64,000 nt of DNA, taken from Lama guanicoe (Eukaryota). How positions within the stretch are numbered: the first letter of the stretch is position 1; each line of letters opens with the position of its first letter. Where the stretch lies: contig MU056050.1 of the NCBI GenBank assembly GCA_013239625.1, forward strand, positions 2,404,084-2,468,083. The letters run 5' to 3'. Of this stretch, positions 39,073-50,306 are shown in pieces. Both the position numbers and the translations under genes were made by a program. Under the pieces are notes generated by a model that was not told where the DNA came from, made no database searches, and saw nothing but the letters and a program-made list of their open reading frames with translations.

Positions 39073-40910
39073 CCCGGCTTTGGGGAGCGGACGGGCGGGA
39101 GCTGGGCGAGCGCGGAGCCCGGGAACCGGGGGTTCACTCGGAGCGGAGAGAAGAGGGCGACGGGGCCGGCTCGGTGCAACCAGGGCACCCGAACTAGGGT
39201 TTTCCGGGTTTGGGGAAGTCGCCCGAGCCCCCGCTTCCGGCGTCGCCGCCCCGGATGCTATCTCCTCCTCCTTTGTCGCCGCCTCCTCCTCCTTCTCGTC
39301 CTTCTCCTCCTCCCCCTCCCGGCTCGCGGTGCCTAGTCCGTCCTGATGCCGCCCCTCATGCCGCTCCTGCTGCCGCCGCCGCCGCCGCCGCTCAATTTGT
39401 CCTCCTGCACCATATGTCCAACCGAGTGATGCAGCGGTACACAGTGGTACACAACCGCAGGACCTCAGATGAATGCACAGCTAGAAGGTTGGCTTTCACA
39501 GGGTCGGTCAACAAAAAGACACGCTGGAGCCATTATCATACCCGGCGCAGGATAACTTACTGCAGGTTTTATTGCTGCCCGGGCTTAGGGCCTTCCTATC
39601 ATGTGCCCCTCTGCCTGTGTGCACGTTTCATTGTGGATAGACACAGGACACCTCTATATGACCTCCTTATTAATCAGAAGATTGCTAGAAAACTGAAGGT
39701 GAACGCAGTATTGACATACATTAGTCTTACACTGTTAAAGCCATAGCAAGCAATAAGAATGGGTTTACCATTATTCCTGTGCTGCCTGGAACTCGGAATG
39801 AGTCAAAAGAATAGGAATTCAGGAAACTACAGTAAATATCTAGTGCAGCACTGTCCAATAGAAATATAACGTGAACCACAAATGTAAGCTAAATATGTAT
39901 TTTAAATGCTCTAGTAGCCACATTTAAAAAGTTTGAAGAAACATATCAGATAAATCTCGGTATCTTTCCTCTAATATATCCAAAATATTTCACTATTTAT
40001 CAGTGTGAAAATTATGAGGTGTCTCATGTTCTTATTTCTTTTTCATACCAAGTCTTTGACATCATGCACATATTTACAGGTCCAGAGCATTTCCAATCAG
40101 ATTAGCCACATTCCAGGTGCTGGAAAGTCACACGTGACTAGTACTAACCATACAGGACGGTGCAGTTTCTTCTATTTCTGCCGTTAGGTCAAAGGTTCTG
40201 AATAGTCAGTCTGCTGAATCTCCGGGGGCAATTTATGGATCCTTTGACTATCTAGAATCTAATCTAGATAAAACATGTGGAAGTACTAACAGAAAAATTG
40301 GACCCCATATACTTGGGCAATTCCTTGAAGAAATTCCTTAACACAGTGTGTGGAATATATCCCATCAGCTGTTACTAAATATTATCATGGAGCTCTAGAA
40401 GATTGGAACAACTATGAGCTTTTCCTGTTTGAATTACACCCAGTCAGGCCAGTGTAGAAACTGGCAGGAAATCTCAGTGACTTGGGTAGTTGGAGCATTC
40501 TGGGTCGACCAAAGCTCTGGGTCTTCCAGGGTGCCACTGCATGCCCACATACCCAGCCTGGTCCTCCCCAAGATACTGTTCCTGATCTCAAGGGATACTG
40601 AAACCTCGACCTTTCTCTCCTGTTTTCTAGTATGAATAGCCCTTTCTTAATTTCAAGTCATTAAAAAGTGCTTCCTTGTTTCCGGGGGCAGTGAAAGGAA
40701 GGCTGGCATCTGAAGTTTGACATTAAAAGATGAGTGATTTAAAGGCCCCACCATGGAATACAGTTCTTTGAATGCTACTTGTTTTTGCCTGATAAATCAT
40801 TTCACAAATCCAAAAAGTCCACTCTTTGCAGATTCGTGCACATATATTCTACTACAGAACAATTTTGCAAATTACACACACAGAGAAAAAGGTGGAACCT
40901 TTAATTAATT
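39073..40910 (+). pseudogene. MEMO1: MEMO1 processed pseudogene: GC-rich leader, whole decayed CDS from the ATG at 39414 to ~40512, and 3' UTR
   Basis: Intronless, colinear MEMO1-like peptides in shifting frames: [28 protein letters not shown]...RTPLYDLLINQKI; FTIIPVL; ESKE; MSFSCLNYTQSGQCRNWQ. The last compares with the remembered MEMO1 C-terminus MSFSFLNYAQSSQCRNWQ. Contains deletions, stops and a transposon insertion. Confidence 0.93.
39846..40165. mobile_element. MER33-like hAT-Charlie element inserted into the MEMO1 retrocopy CDS
   Basis: cagcactgtccaatagaaatataa...ctagtagccacattt...attagccacattccaggtgct...ggacggtgcag; MEMO1 similarity stops before it (SKYL) and resumes after it. Confidence 0.85.
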
Positions 40911-40983
40911 GAACTAATTTTTTTAAGCCAGCTTTTGGTTTGAGGTTTTATGAATTTTTTTAATATAATTTTTGTTCGTTTTT

Positions 40984-41365
40984 GTGGCAGACGTAGAGAG
41001 ATGCCGCTCAGACTCCACTTCAAGGGAGAACTAACTGTCTGGCTGCAAAGAGGCCTGCCAGCTGTTATACCTTCAGAGTCTGCCTCAGACTTTGAGCTGG
41101 GGGCCACACTCCTCCCCGGACGCCCACAGCTACTGACCTAGCAGGGTGGTGGTACTGGAGCAGAGCCTTTTCTGCCCAATGCAGGACTCCTCTAACGCGT
41201 GGTCTTTGCTATGGAGTGCCCCAGTGGGCGGGCAGGGGCTTCGTCCGGTCTGCATTGCAGTCTGACAACACTCCCCGCCCCTTCTTCACAGATGTTTACT
41301 CCTCAGTAAAGCTTTTGGACCCTTAATCCCTCAGTGTCCGTTTCCCAGAGAACCCAACCTGTGAC
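40984..41365 (+). mobile_element. ERVL LTR16-like solo LTR; a related partial copy lies at ~45020-45355
   Basis: tgtggcagac...ccttcagagtctgcctcag...tttcccagagaacccaacctgtgac. Confidence 0.7.
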
Positions 41366-42269
41366 TATTTTCTATTTCACTAATTTGAGCATTGTCTTTA
41401 CTAATTCCCTGTTTATGTTTTCTTTTAGATAATTTTACCGTTTTGCACCTCTGTTCTTAGTAGGTTGCTTAGTTTACATATTTTCCATTTCTTTCTTTTT
41501 TAAGATCAAAAGCATTTAAAATGGGTGTTGCAAACGGGTAGACTTCAGTGCTTTTAGGCCAGTCGTGTACCTTTTAATTCTGCACAGGCCCCACCTCCAA
41601 TTTTACACCTAGCTGCTTCCTACATCTACATCACATACATAGGCCCTGAATACATTTGTGAATCCTGATTTAAAGCTATAACTTTTCTTCTTCTAAATAA
41701 AGCTTTAGGTGATCCCGCAGGTTTTGGTATAAAGCATTTACCTTTTTATTACTTCCTAAAAAATTTATAATTTCCATTTTGATTTTCTCTTTAACCTAGG
41801 ACTAAATGAATGTTTCTCAGTTTCCAAGTAGTAAAGTTATTTTGACCATCTTTTATTATTTATTTCTAATTTTACTGGGTTATGAGAAAGTGTAGCCTCT
41901 AAAATCTCTTAAATTCATGAGGCTTCTCCTCTGTGATGAAGCATACAATCAATGGACATTAGAAAATAATTTATATTTTTAGATGCATGTGGACATATAC
42001 ATTGAACTTGTTAGTTATATTAATCAAATCATCTATTCTCTATCTTTTTGTCTACTTGACCACTTAAATTCTGAAAGAAGTATATTATAAACTCCTATTA
42101 TGTTGTGGTTTTTATCAAAATCTTCTTGTGTTTCTAAGAGTTTTTTGCTTCAAATCTTAAGCTGCTGTAATAACTTAGTACATAAATGTTTATGGCTCAT
42201 CCCTTCATCAAGGACTGAAAAAGTATGCCCCCTTTTGTCTTATTTCTTGCTTTTAGTCTTGAATTGCAC

Positions 42270-42783
42270 TTAAAAAAAAACTTTAGTGGCTTCAGCAACA
42301 CACATTTATGATGTCACAGTCTCTGTGGGTCATAGGAATACAGGCATGGCCTAAATGGTTCATCTGCTTCAGAATCCATCATGAGATTGCAATTACAGTG
42401 TTGTCCACATGGAGGCTCTCATGGGATGCAATCAAAGTGTCAGCTGGGGCTGCAGTCTCATCTCAAGGCTCAGCTGGGGCAGGACCCACTCCAAGCTCAC
42501 TCACATGGTTGTTGGCAGGATTCAGTTCCTTGTTGGCTGTTGTTCCTTGCCAGGTGGCTGTCTATATCACAGTACAAAAACAGCCAGAGAGAGAATGTGA
42601 GCAAGACAGAAGTCATAGTCTTTCATAAGCAAATTAGGAAAGTGACATCCCATCACTTTTGCCATAGTCTGTTATAAACAAGTCACTAGGACCAACACAG
42701 AGACGAAGGGAGGGAATTACGTGAAAGAGTGAATACCAGGAGATGAGGATCACTGGGAGCCATTTTAGAAGCAGCCCGTCACA
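42270..42783 (-). mobile_element. MaLR LTR (MLT1E/F-like)
   Basis: cagctggggctgcagtctcatctcaaggctc...ccaagctcactcacatggttgttggcagg...gacatcccatcacttttgcc. Confidence 0.8.
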
Positions 42784-44154
42784 GCTGGGTATAACATTTT
42801 TAGCTAGCAGTTCTCCTGTCCCAATATTCCGTAGATGGTATCCCAGTTTTTTCTAGCTTTCTGGGTCATAGATGAAAAATCCAATCCTAGTTTATTTTTC
42901 TTTGTAAGTGTCCAACCAGAAAATAGAAACTGCTCTGAGTATTTAAAATACAGGGAATATAATAATACAAGGAATGGATTACACTGGTAATGGAAGAACT
43001 GAAAAACCCAAAAGGAAACAATGAGGGGCAGCCCAGAGATTAAGAATAGCAGGGAGCAAATACTTTCCCCAGGCTGTAGGGTCAAAGCACAGGGTGGTTC
43101 TTAAAAGGTTTACCAACTTATCAGAATCAACTTCAGATTTATACTAGTTTAATTTTAGTGATATATAGAAATGATACTCCTATAAACTAGATAATTCTAT
43201 GCCCTCACCCATCCCCCCTTCCTGTGTTACGATACATATTTCATCTCTTAATGTTACAAACCCAAGGATACATTGTTATACTTATTACTTTCCCCTCTGT
43301 AGCCCAATACAGCTTTGCTCCCACCCACTTCCTCTGTCATTGGCAAATATACTGCACACATGTTACTGTTCTACATGTTATAGGCCCAGTGATATGTTTT
43401 ATATCTACATATAATATAGACACATACAGATAGCTTTATAGATTTACAGATATATAGATTTATATGGATATAAAATTATATTTATATAAAATTACATACA
43501 TAATAAATATTCTATTATTTTATATGTATAATTTTATACAATTGCTTTTCAAATCAGTTAGGAGGTGAAAAGAGAAAGATATGCATTTAGAATGTCTTTA
43601 TAAATAATTACCTTTATTGATGCTCTTTATTTTTTGTGTGTGGATTCAAATTAACATCTGGGGTCACTTGCTTTCAGCCTAAAGAACTTCCTTTAGTATT
43701 TCTCATAAGGCAGGTCTGCTAGCAACAAATTCTTTCAGTTTCTGTTTATTTGAAGAAGTCTTTGTTACATCATTTTTGGAATACAGCTTTCTGGGATATA
43801 GGCTTCTTTGTTGACAGTTTTTTCTTTCAGCACTTTGAATATGTGCTCCCACTGCCTTCTGGACTTTATTGTTTCTACTGAGAAGTCAACTGATTGAACC
43901 TTCGGGGGATTCCCTTATAAGTAACAAGTCATGTTTTCTCTTGATACATTCAAGATTTTCTCCTCCTCTTTGATATTCAACATTTTTACTATGCTGTGTC
44001 TTATTTGTGGCTCTCTATTTTTATCCTACTTGAGATTCATTGAGCTTCATGAATGTGTACAAAATTAATTCAAATATTTTAAAATCAAATCCCTTTCTGT
44101 TAGTTCTTTTCAAACAACTTGTTTCATTTAACTTAGTCTGGTTAATTATAAAAC

Positions 44155-44748
44155 TGTTACCTGAAAACTAGGTTTGCCTCTTGGTGGGTGTTGAGCCAAA
44201 AGGCAGCCAAGCCAAAGATGGGGAGAAGGAAGGATTTATTACTCCCCCCAAGTAGGGAGAACACTGGGACTCTTTCCAAAGCAGTGTCTCTCTCTGTACA
44301 ACAATATTGGGGAAGTTTTAAGCTAAGGGTACATGTATTTTCATGAAGGGACTTGGGCGCAGTCCAAACTTTAGCTGATTGAAGTCATGTGGGCCAAAAG
44401 AGATCAACATCATCATCCCTTAGGTTCCAGTGGATCTGGTGGTTGAGCACCCGAGGAGGGTTTAAATTATGCAAAACAGCTTAAGACACTGCTTCAGGCT
44501 AGTCTTTACCACTGAAACAGAAGTTGGAGTCTTTACACCTGATTTGTTATCTTTGCTATTATTACCTCTCTTGCCTGATTGTCCTTTTGTTCCCTTAAGA
44601 TTATTATTGCTGAGACTTGTTCAAGGGTAAGCATTGTGGTCAGACTGAGATCACAAAATGGCTTAGAAAAAAAAAGGCTTCCCTTACGTCAAGAAAATTA
44701 TTCCTGGTTCTCTTTCTCTGGGGGACCCCCCTACCCTATCTGCCTATA
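44155..44748 (-). mobile_element. ERV1-type solo LTR
   Basis: Sharp tgtt...ta boundaries with a 4-nt TSD aaac (44151-44154, 44749-44752); AATAAA on the minus strand (tttatt at ~44235). Confidence 0.7.
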
Positions 44749-45689
44749 AAACTAATTAATGCTCATTGTAACAAAACTCATAAGGAAACATATAAAGAAA
44801 AAGTAAAATTTTGCTTCACCTTTAACTTCCTCTAAATCCTTAGTAATAACCAAGAATAACAGTTTAATATGTATCTTCCCGGACTTTCTCCAATGCATAT
44901 TTAGATCTACTATGTATTATTGATTTATTGAATATTTTTAACTGGTGGTGTGTAAACAGAAAACAGCTTTGTTTCTAACCACACCCATCAGTGTCTTCCC
45001 CCAGCTCAACATGTGATTCCTCTGATAGGCAGTCTTTCCTCTGGAGCTAACAATTGGGTTGGCTGAAATGCTGTCAGATCTGCACTGTAGTCTCAGCCTG
45101 TTTCTGCTCAACCCTACTTTCAGCCCCCTTTCCTTTCATAGGTGTCATATCCGCATCACAATCTGCAGGCTCTCCCTGCTCAATTCTATTCCCCCCATTT
45201 CTTTCCACAGGTGTCAGATCTGTATCAGCATCTGAAGCTTTCCCTGCCCAATTCTGCTTCCCCTCCTTTTATCTTTCGCAGGTATTACCTACCCAGTAAG
45301 CTTCTAACACTCCTAACTCACTCTCAGCATCTGCTACCCAGAGGACCCAAACAACACGGTCTCCAAATTTCTACAGCTCAGCAGCCACCCTAGTTTTAGA
45401 AGAGTTCTCTTGGACCCCCTGCATTTGAAGGGGGAAACCATAGCACTCATCACCTTAGGCTATCAGTTGTTCAATCTGGCATCTAATTTGTATTTCAATG
45501 AATTTGCCTCAGATTTCTGGTCTTCTCTTCACATGGACTTGGTGCGGTGGTAGCAATGATGCTTGAAGAATCAATTCTATATTTTAGTGTGTGCTGGAGA
45601 TGGTGCCTAACAGAGCCTTGATCCACTCTTTAGAAAGTAGAGGTATGTATTGCCTATTGTTCTCAGCTTTGAGCTTTAGTCAAAATTCC

Positions 45690-47545
45690 AAAACTATAAG
45701 TGTTGCAGATATTAAAAAGATAAGAAGAATATATTATAGGCAACTTTATGTCAATAAATTTTAAGTTTTGCATGAAGTTGATAATTTCCTAGAAAAAAAT
45801 AACTTGCCAAAACTAATTCAAGAAAAAATAGATAAGTAAATGGACCTGTAAGTATTAAACAAATAAAATCAGTAATTTTAAGAAGCTTCTCATAAATTTC
45901 AGACCCAGATGGCACCATAAGTGATTTCTACCACATAGTCAATGAAGAAAACATCGCAATTCATGCAAAGTCTTCCAGAGAATAGTTAAGAGGGGGAAGG
46001 GTGCCTTCTCCAACTCATTTTGAGTCTAGCATAATCTTGATACCAAATCCCAAGAAAGGTAGTTTAAGACAACCTACAGGTTAATTTGTATCGTGAACAC
46101 TGTGGTAAAATCCTGGACAAAATATGAGCAAACTGAATACTGTAATATAAAAAAGGAGTAATGAGTAAATTGGGTTTATCCCAAGAATGTAAGCTTGATT
46201 TAACATTAAAAATCAGTCAATGTAATTTTCCATATTAACTGATGAAAGGAGAATAATTATATGATCATATCAATAGATGCAGAAAAAGCATTCGACAAAA
46301 TTCATGATAAAGAAAAACTGTAAGCAAATAGTAATAGAATGGAACTTCCTTAATCTTAAAAAATACCTATAACAAGCATCAAACTTAAAGGAGAAATATT
46401 GAAAGCTTTCTCTTCATATATCAGGAATCAGACAATGATATCCACTATCACTATTTCTATTCAACATTATGCTGGGCAGAAAGCAACAATAAGAAATAAA
46501 AGATTTAAAGATTGGAATGAAAAAATTCAAACTGTCATTATTTTCAAATGATATGTTCATGTGTACATAGAAGATCAAAAGGAAAATACAGTAAATTACT
46601 ATAATTAGAGAGTTTAGCAAGGTTGCTGGATACAAAATGAGTATTCAAAAATAAATTATAGAAGAATTACAGGAGTAAATCTTTGTGACCTTGTTAGGCC
46701 ATGGTTTCATAGACACTACATCAAAAACACAAATGACAAAAGAAAGAAATAGCTAAGTTGGACTTTATCAAAAATTTAAAATTTTGTGCAACATAAATCA
46801 GCACCAAGAAAGTGAAAAGACAACCCAGAGAATGGGTAAAGATATTTGCAAGTCATATATCTGGATACAAGGGACTTGTATCCAGAATACATAAAGAATC
46901 TTAAAACTCAACAATAAAAAGAAAAATAGCCCAATGGGGAAAGGCTATTTGAATAGACATTTCTGCAAAAAAACTATACAAATGGGCAATAAGGACATGA
47001 AAAAATTCTCAACATCGCTAATCATTAGGGAAATGCAAACTAAAACCACGATGAGCTATCACTTCACGTCCACTAGGATGACTATAATTTTAAAATATAA
47101 GACAATAACAAGTTTTGGCAAGAATGTGGAGAAATGGAAACTCTCATACATTACTGATGGGAATGTAAAATGGTACAGCTAGTTTGGAAAACAATTTGAC
47201 CATTCCTCAAGGTGTTAAACAGAGAGTTCCCATAAGCTCTAGTAATTCCACTCCTCGGTATATACCCAAGAGGAATGAAAACATGTTCACACAAAAACCT
47301 GTACATGAATGTTCATAGCAGCATTATTCATAATAGCCAAAAAGTGGCAATAACCCACATGTCCATCAAGTGAATAATGGAAAAACAAACTATGGTATAT
47401 CCATACAATGGGGTATTAATCACTATGAAAAGGAATAAAGTACTGATACCTTCCACAACATGGATGAGTCTTGAAGACATTTTGCTAAGTGAAAGAAGCC
47501 AGTGACAAAGGATCACATATTATATTATTACATTAATATGAAATG
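45690..47545 (+). mobile_element. Old L1 ORF2 (RT and C-terminal) and 3' UTR fossil
   Basis: atgatcatatcaatagatgcagaaaaagcattcgacaaaatt (MIISIDAEKAFDKI); ORF 46934..47182 resembles the L1 C-terminal domain. Confidence 0.9.
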
Positions 47546-48754
47546 TCAGGCATTTCCGTGAATTTTGAGGAAGACAAGGGGCTTCTGCAGGGTAGCAGCA
47601 GTGGTAAAACATGATTAACATCACTTAGAATTCACACTCAGGAGAGAGTCCCACCCTGACTAAGTAAACACTAAGAACAGATTCGAGACCTGGTGATCAG
47701 AGCACTAAAAGTCAAAAGAAAGGGACCTGAAAATTGCACACAACAGAAGGCTTGAGAAGAAAGAACACAGTAACTGAGAAGGGAGAAGTATCCATTGGAG
47801 GAATAGCATTATAGAATCAAAAATTCAATGACCATGCCCCTACAAAAGCACCATTTATTAAAGAAATTGTACTTCCGTGTATCAACAGAAGAGGGTGCTC
47901 TTGAACCAATAAACCAAACAAGACATCCAAACCTTTTTTTCCATATAGCATCAGCAGTTACTGCTGAACTAGGAACTTCTAGCACAGTTTATAATGACTA
48001 GAAAAGGAACCCAACATCCGCACAAAGCTACTCTAAAAAAAAAAAAAGAATCAAAACTTCTCAGCTGATAGAAATAATTACTCCCCAATAAAAACAACTG
48101 CAAAGCAGAGAAAAGCATGAATTAAATATATTAAACAAGCAATTACAGATGTGAAAGAATATTATGAATCAGAAATTTAAAAACAGAATAGAAACAAGCA
48201 AACAGGAAGATGTGAAGTGAGTGCTGACTGAACTCAGGAAAGAAATTGAAGAAAAAGACAGAATCATCTCAGAAGACTAAATTACAAAGCATCCAAGATT
48301 GAAACATTCGGTATAGGAAAGAAAGAATGAGAGTGAAAAAGAGCTAAGTCAACCAAAACAAAATAAAGAGGTAAAGAGGAAACTGACAGATACACCTGGA
48401 ATTTCTTAAAAAGAAAAAGCCAACAATGGAACAGAACCAATATTTAATAGTGTAATTGTAACAAAACTTTCTGGAGATAAATAAAACAACACCTGATTCT
48501 ACATATTTCTAGAGCTCATTGTGTAATTGGGAAAATTGACTGTCAACTCTGAGACACAGTCTAATAAAACAGACATTAATAATAAAAAAAAATTCCTTTG
48601 AGCCTACAGGCAAAACAAAAAACAAATGAACAAAAAATGAGTGACCTACAAGAAAAGAAATCAGGTGGCAACACACTACTTGCCAGGATTATAGAAAGGA
48701 AGGCAAGAGTGAAGAAACATTTTAAAGAAATTTAAGTTAAAAAAAAAGTAGGAA

Positions 48755-48858
48755 GTGCTCGCTTTGGCAGCACACATACTAAAATTGGAACGATGCAGAG
48801 AAGATTAGCATGGCCCCTGCACAAGGAAGACATGCAAATCTGTGAAGTGTTCCATATT
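48755..48858 (+). pseudogene. Full-length U6 snRNA retropseudogene
   Basis: GTGCTCGCTTTGGCAGCACACATACTAAAATTGGAACGATGCAGAGAAGATTAGCATGGCCCCTGC...TTCCATATT plus an A-rich tail. TSD about aaaaaagtag. Shows CpG-decay substitutions, and the ACAGAGA box reads GCAGAGA. Confidence 0.93.
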
Positions 48859-49321
48859 AAAAAACAAAGAAAGAAAGAAAAAAGTAGAAGCCAAGGATCT
48901 CAGTTTTAAATGTATGCAAGAACTCTTTCTGAGGATTCCACTAAGGGTCAAGTTTCATTCCACTAAAAGATGATTGGAAAATTTTGGCAGGAGAACAGAT
49001 AGTGAGGATTGGATAGGTTTAATTATACATCTAAGACAAATATGAGGATGAGAATTGAAGAACGTTCGCTGACAAAGTAGAAATACAACTCAAAATGGGA
49101 GCAAAGGAGGAAATGTAGAATAAGCTCAATGATTGCTACCTAGGTTATAGGTGGGAGCCAAAGGATATCATTTAAATTAGCAAACCAAATAGTAGAAACC
49201 TAGGTGGTAAGGAAAACGGGGACTGAAAGCTGAGATCCTTAGCTATTCCAGTATGGCTTCTTCGTGCTGTGAGTCTTGTGGTATATTTTGAATATTTCAA
49301 GTATTAAATAGGCTTCATGCT

Positions 49322-49398
49322 CCTCTCTCTCTCCCTCCCCTTCTCTCTCTCTCTCTCTTTCTCTCTCACACACACACACACGCACACATGCACACACA
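49322..49398. repeat. Compound (TC)n(CA)n microsatellite
   Basis: Directly visible. Confidence 0.9.
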
Positions 49399-50151
49399 GC
49401 CACCAGCCCAGACCGTTCATTACATAACACTTCTCCATTCCATGTTTTGTAATCTTATGGTGACACTCTCACATTCTCAGCCCACAAAAAAGAAATACTT
49501 CACCTTCCTGCTCAGCCAGCTGCCCCACTTCTAGCCAGGGAATCCAGCTCCAATTCAGCCTGCCAAAGAGCTTCCAGGGCAGCTTTATTTACACAGTTTT
49601 ACACAACACAATCGTCTGCAGGGGCAGCATCCCTGCCTTCAGTCAGAGCCAGATATTGAAAGGTTATTCTCTATTCTGGGAGGTTGTTGAAATTTAAAGG
49701 TTTTTAAAATTCTAAGCTGTAATAGTTTGCTTTAGGGCTCACTCAGTCGCTTGATACTCGAACCATAAAAGAGCAGACAGGAGGTAGTTCAGAAAAAAAA
49801 TATGAAAGAGGATGCTGGCTTTTAGTTCGAGGTCAAAATATTTTTTACCATGTTAAGGCAATATCCATCTATCCCTGTTTCACTAAGGTTTAACCAAATA
49901 TTATCATAAAGAAACACTGAATTCTCTCAAATGCCTTTTGGGGCACATATCAAGAAGATCATATGTTTTCTACCTTTCACCTATTAATAAAATAAATATT
50001 ATAATATTAATATATTTCATCATACTGAAGCATCTTCACATTTCTAGAATGAATACTACTTGGTATGGTTAATGCATGATGGCAGTCTGTTATTAGTATC
50101 TCAGAGTTTTTGTAGCAATATTTTTAAGTGATGTTTCATCAAATTTATTTT

Positions 50152-50306
50152 TTAATTTAGTTTTTTATTTTAATTTTTAATTTATTTTGGGGGGTAATTA
50201 GGTTTATTTATTAAATTATTTATTTTTTAGAGGAGGTACTGAGAATTGAACCCAGGACCTCATGCATGCTGAGCATGTGCTTTACCATTTGAGCTATATC
50301 CTCCCC
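50152..50306 (-). mobile_element. tRNA-derived SINE (vic-1-like)
   Basis: Reverse-complement SINE body; perfect 16-nt TSD tcatcaaatttatttt (50136-50151, 50307-50322). Confidence 0.9.

Noticed and set aside
39414..40512. Intact MEMO1 retrogene
   Set aside because: Multiple deletions, frameshifts, stops and a 320-nt transposon insertion preclude a full-length MEMO1 protein.
48755..48858. Functional U6 snRNA gene
   Set aside because: Altered ACAGAGA box, CpG decay, A-rich tail, TSD, and no recognisable upstream PSE/TATA; a retropseudogene.
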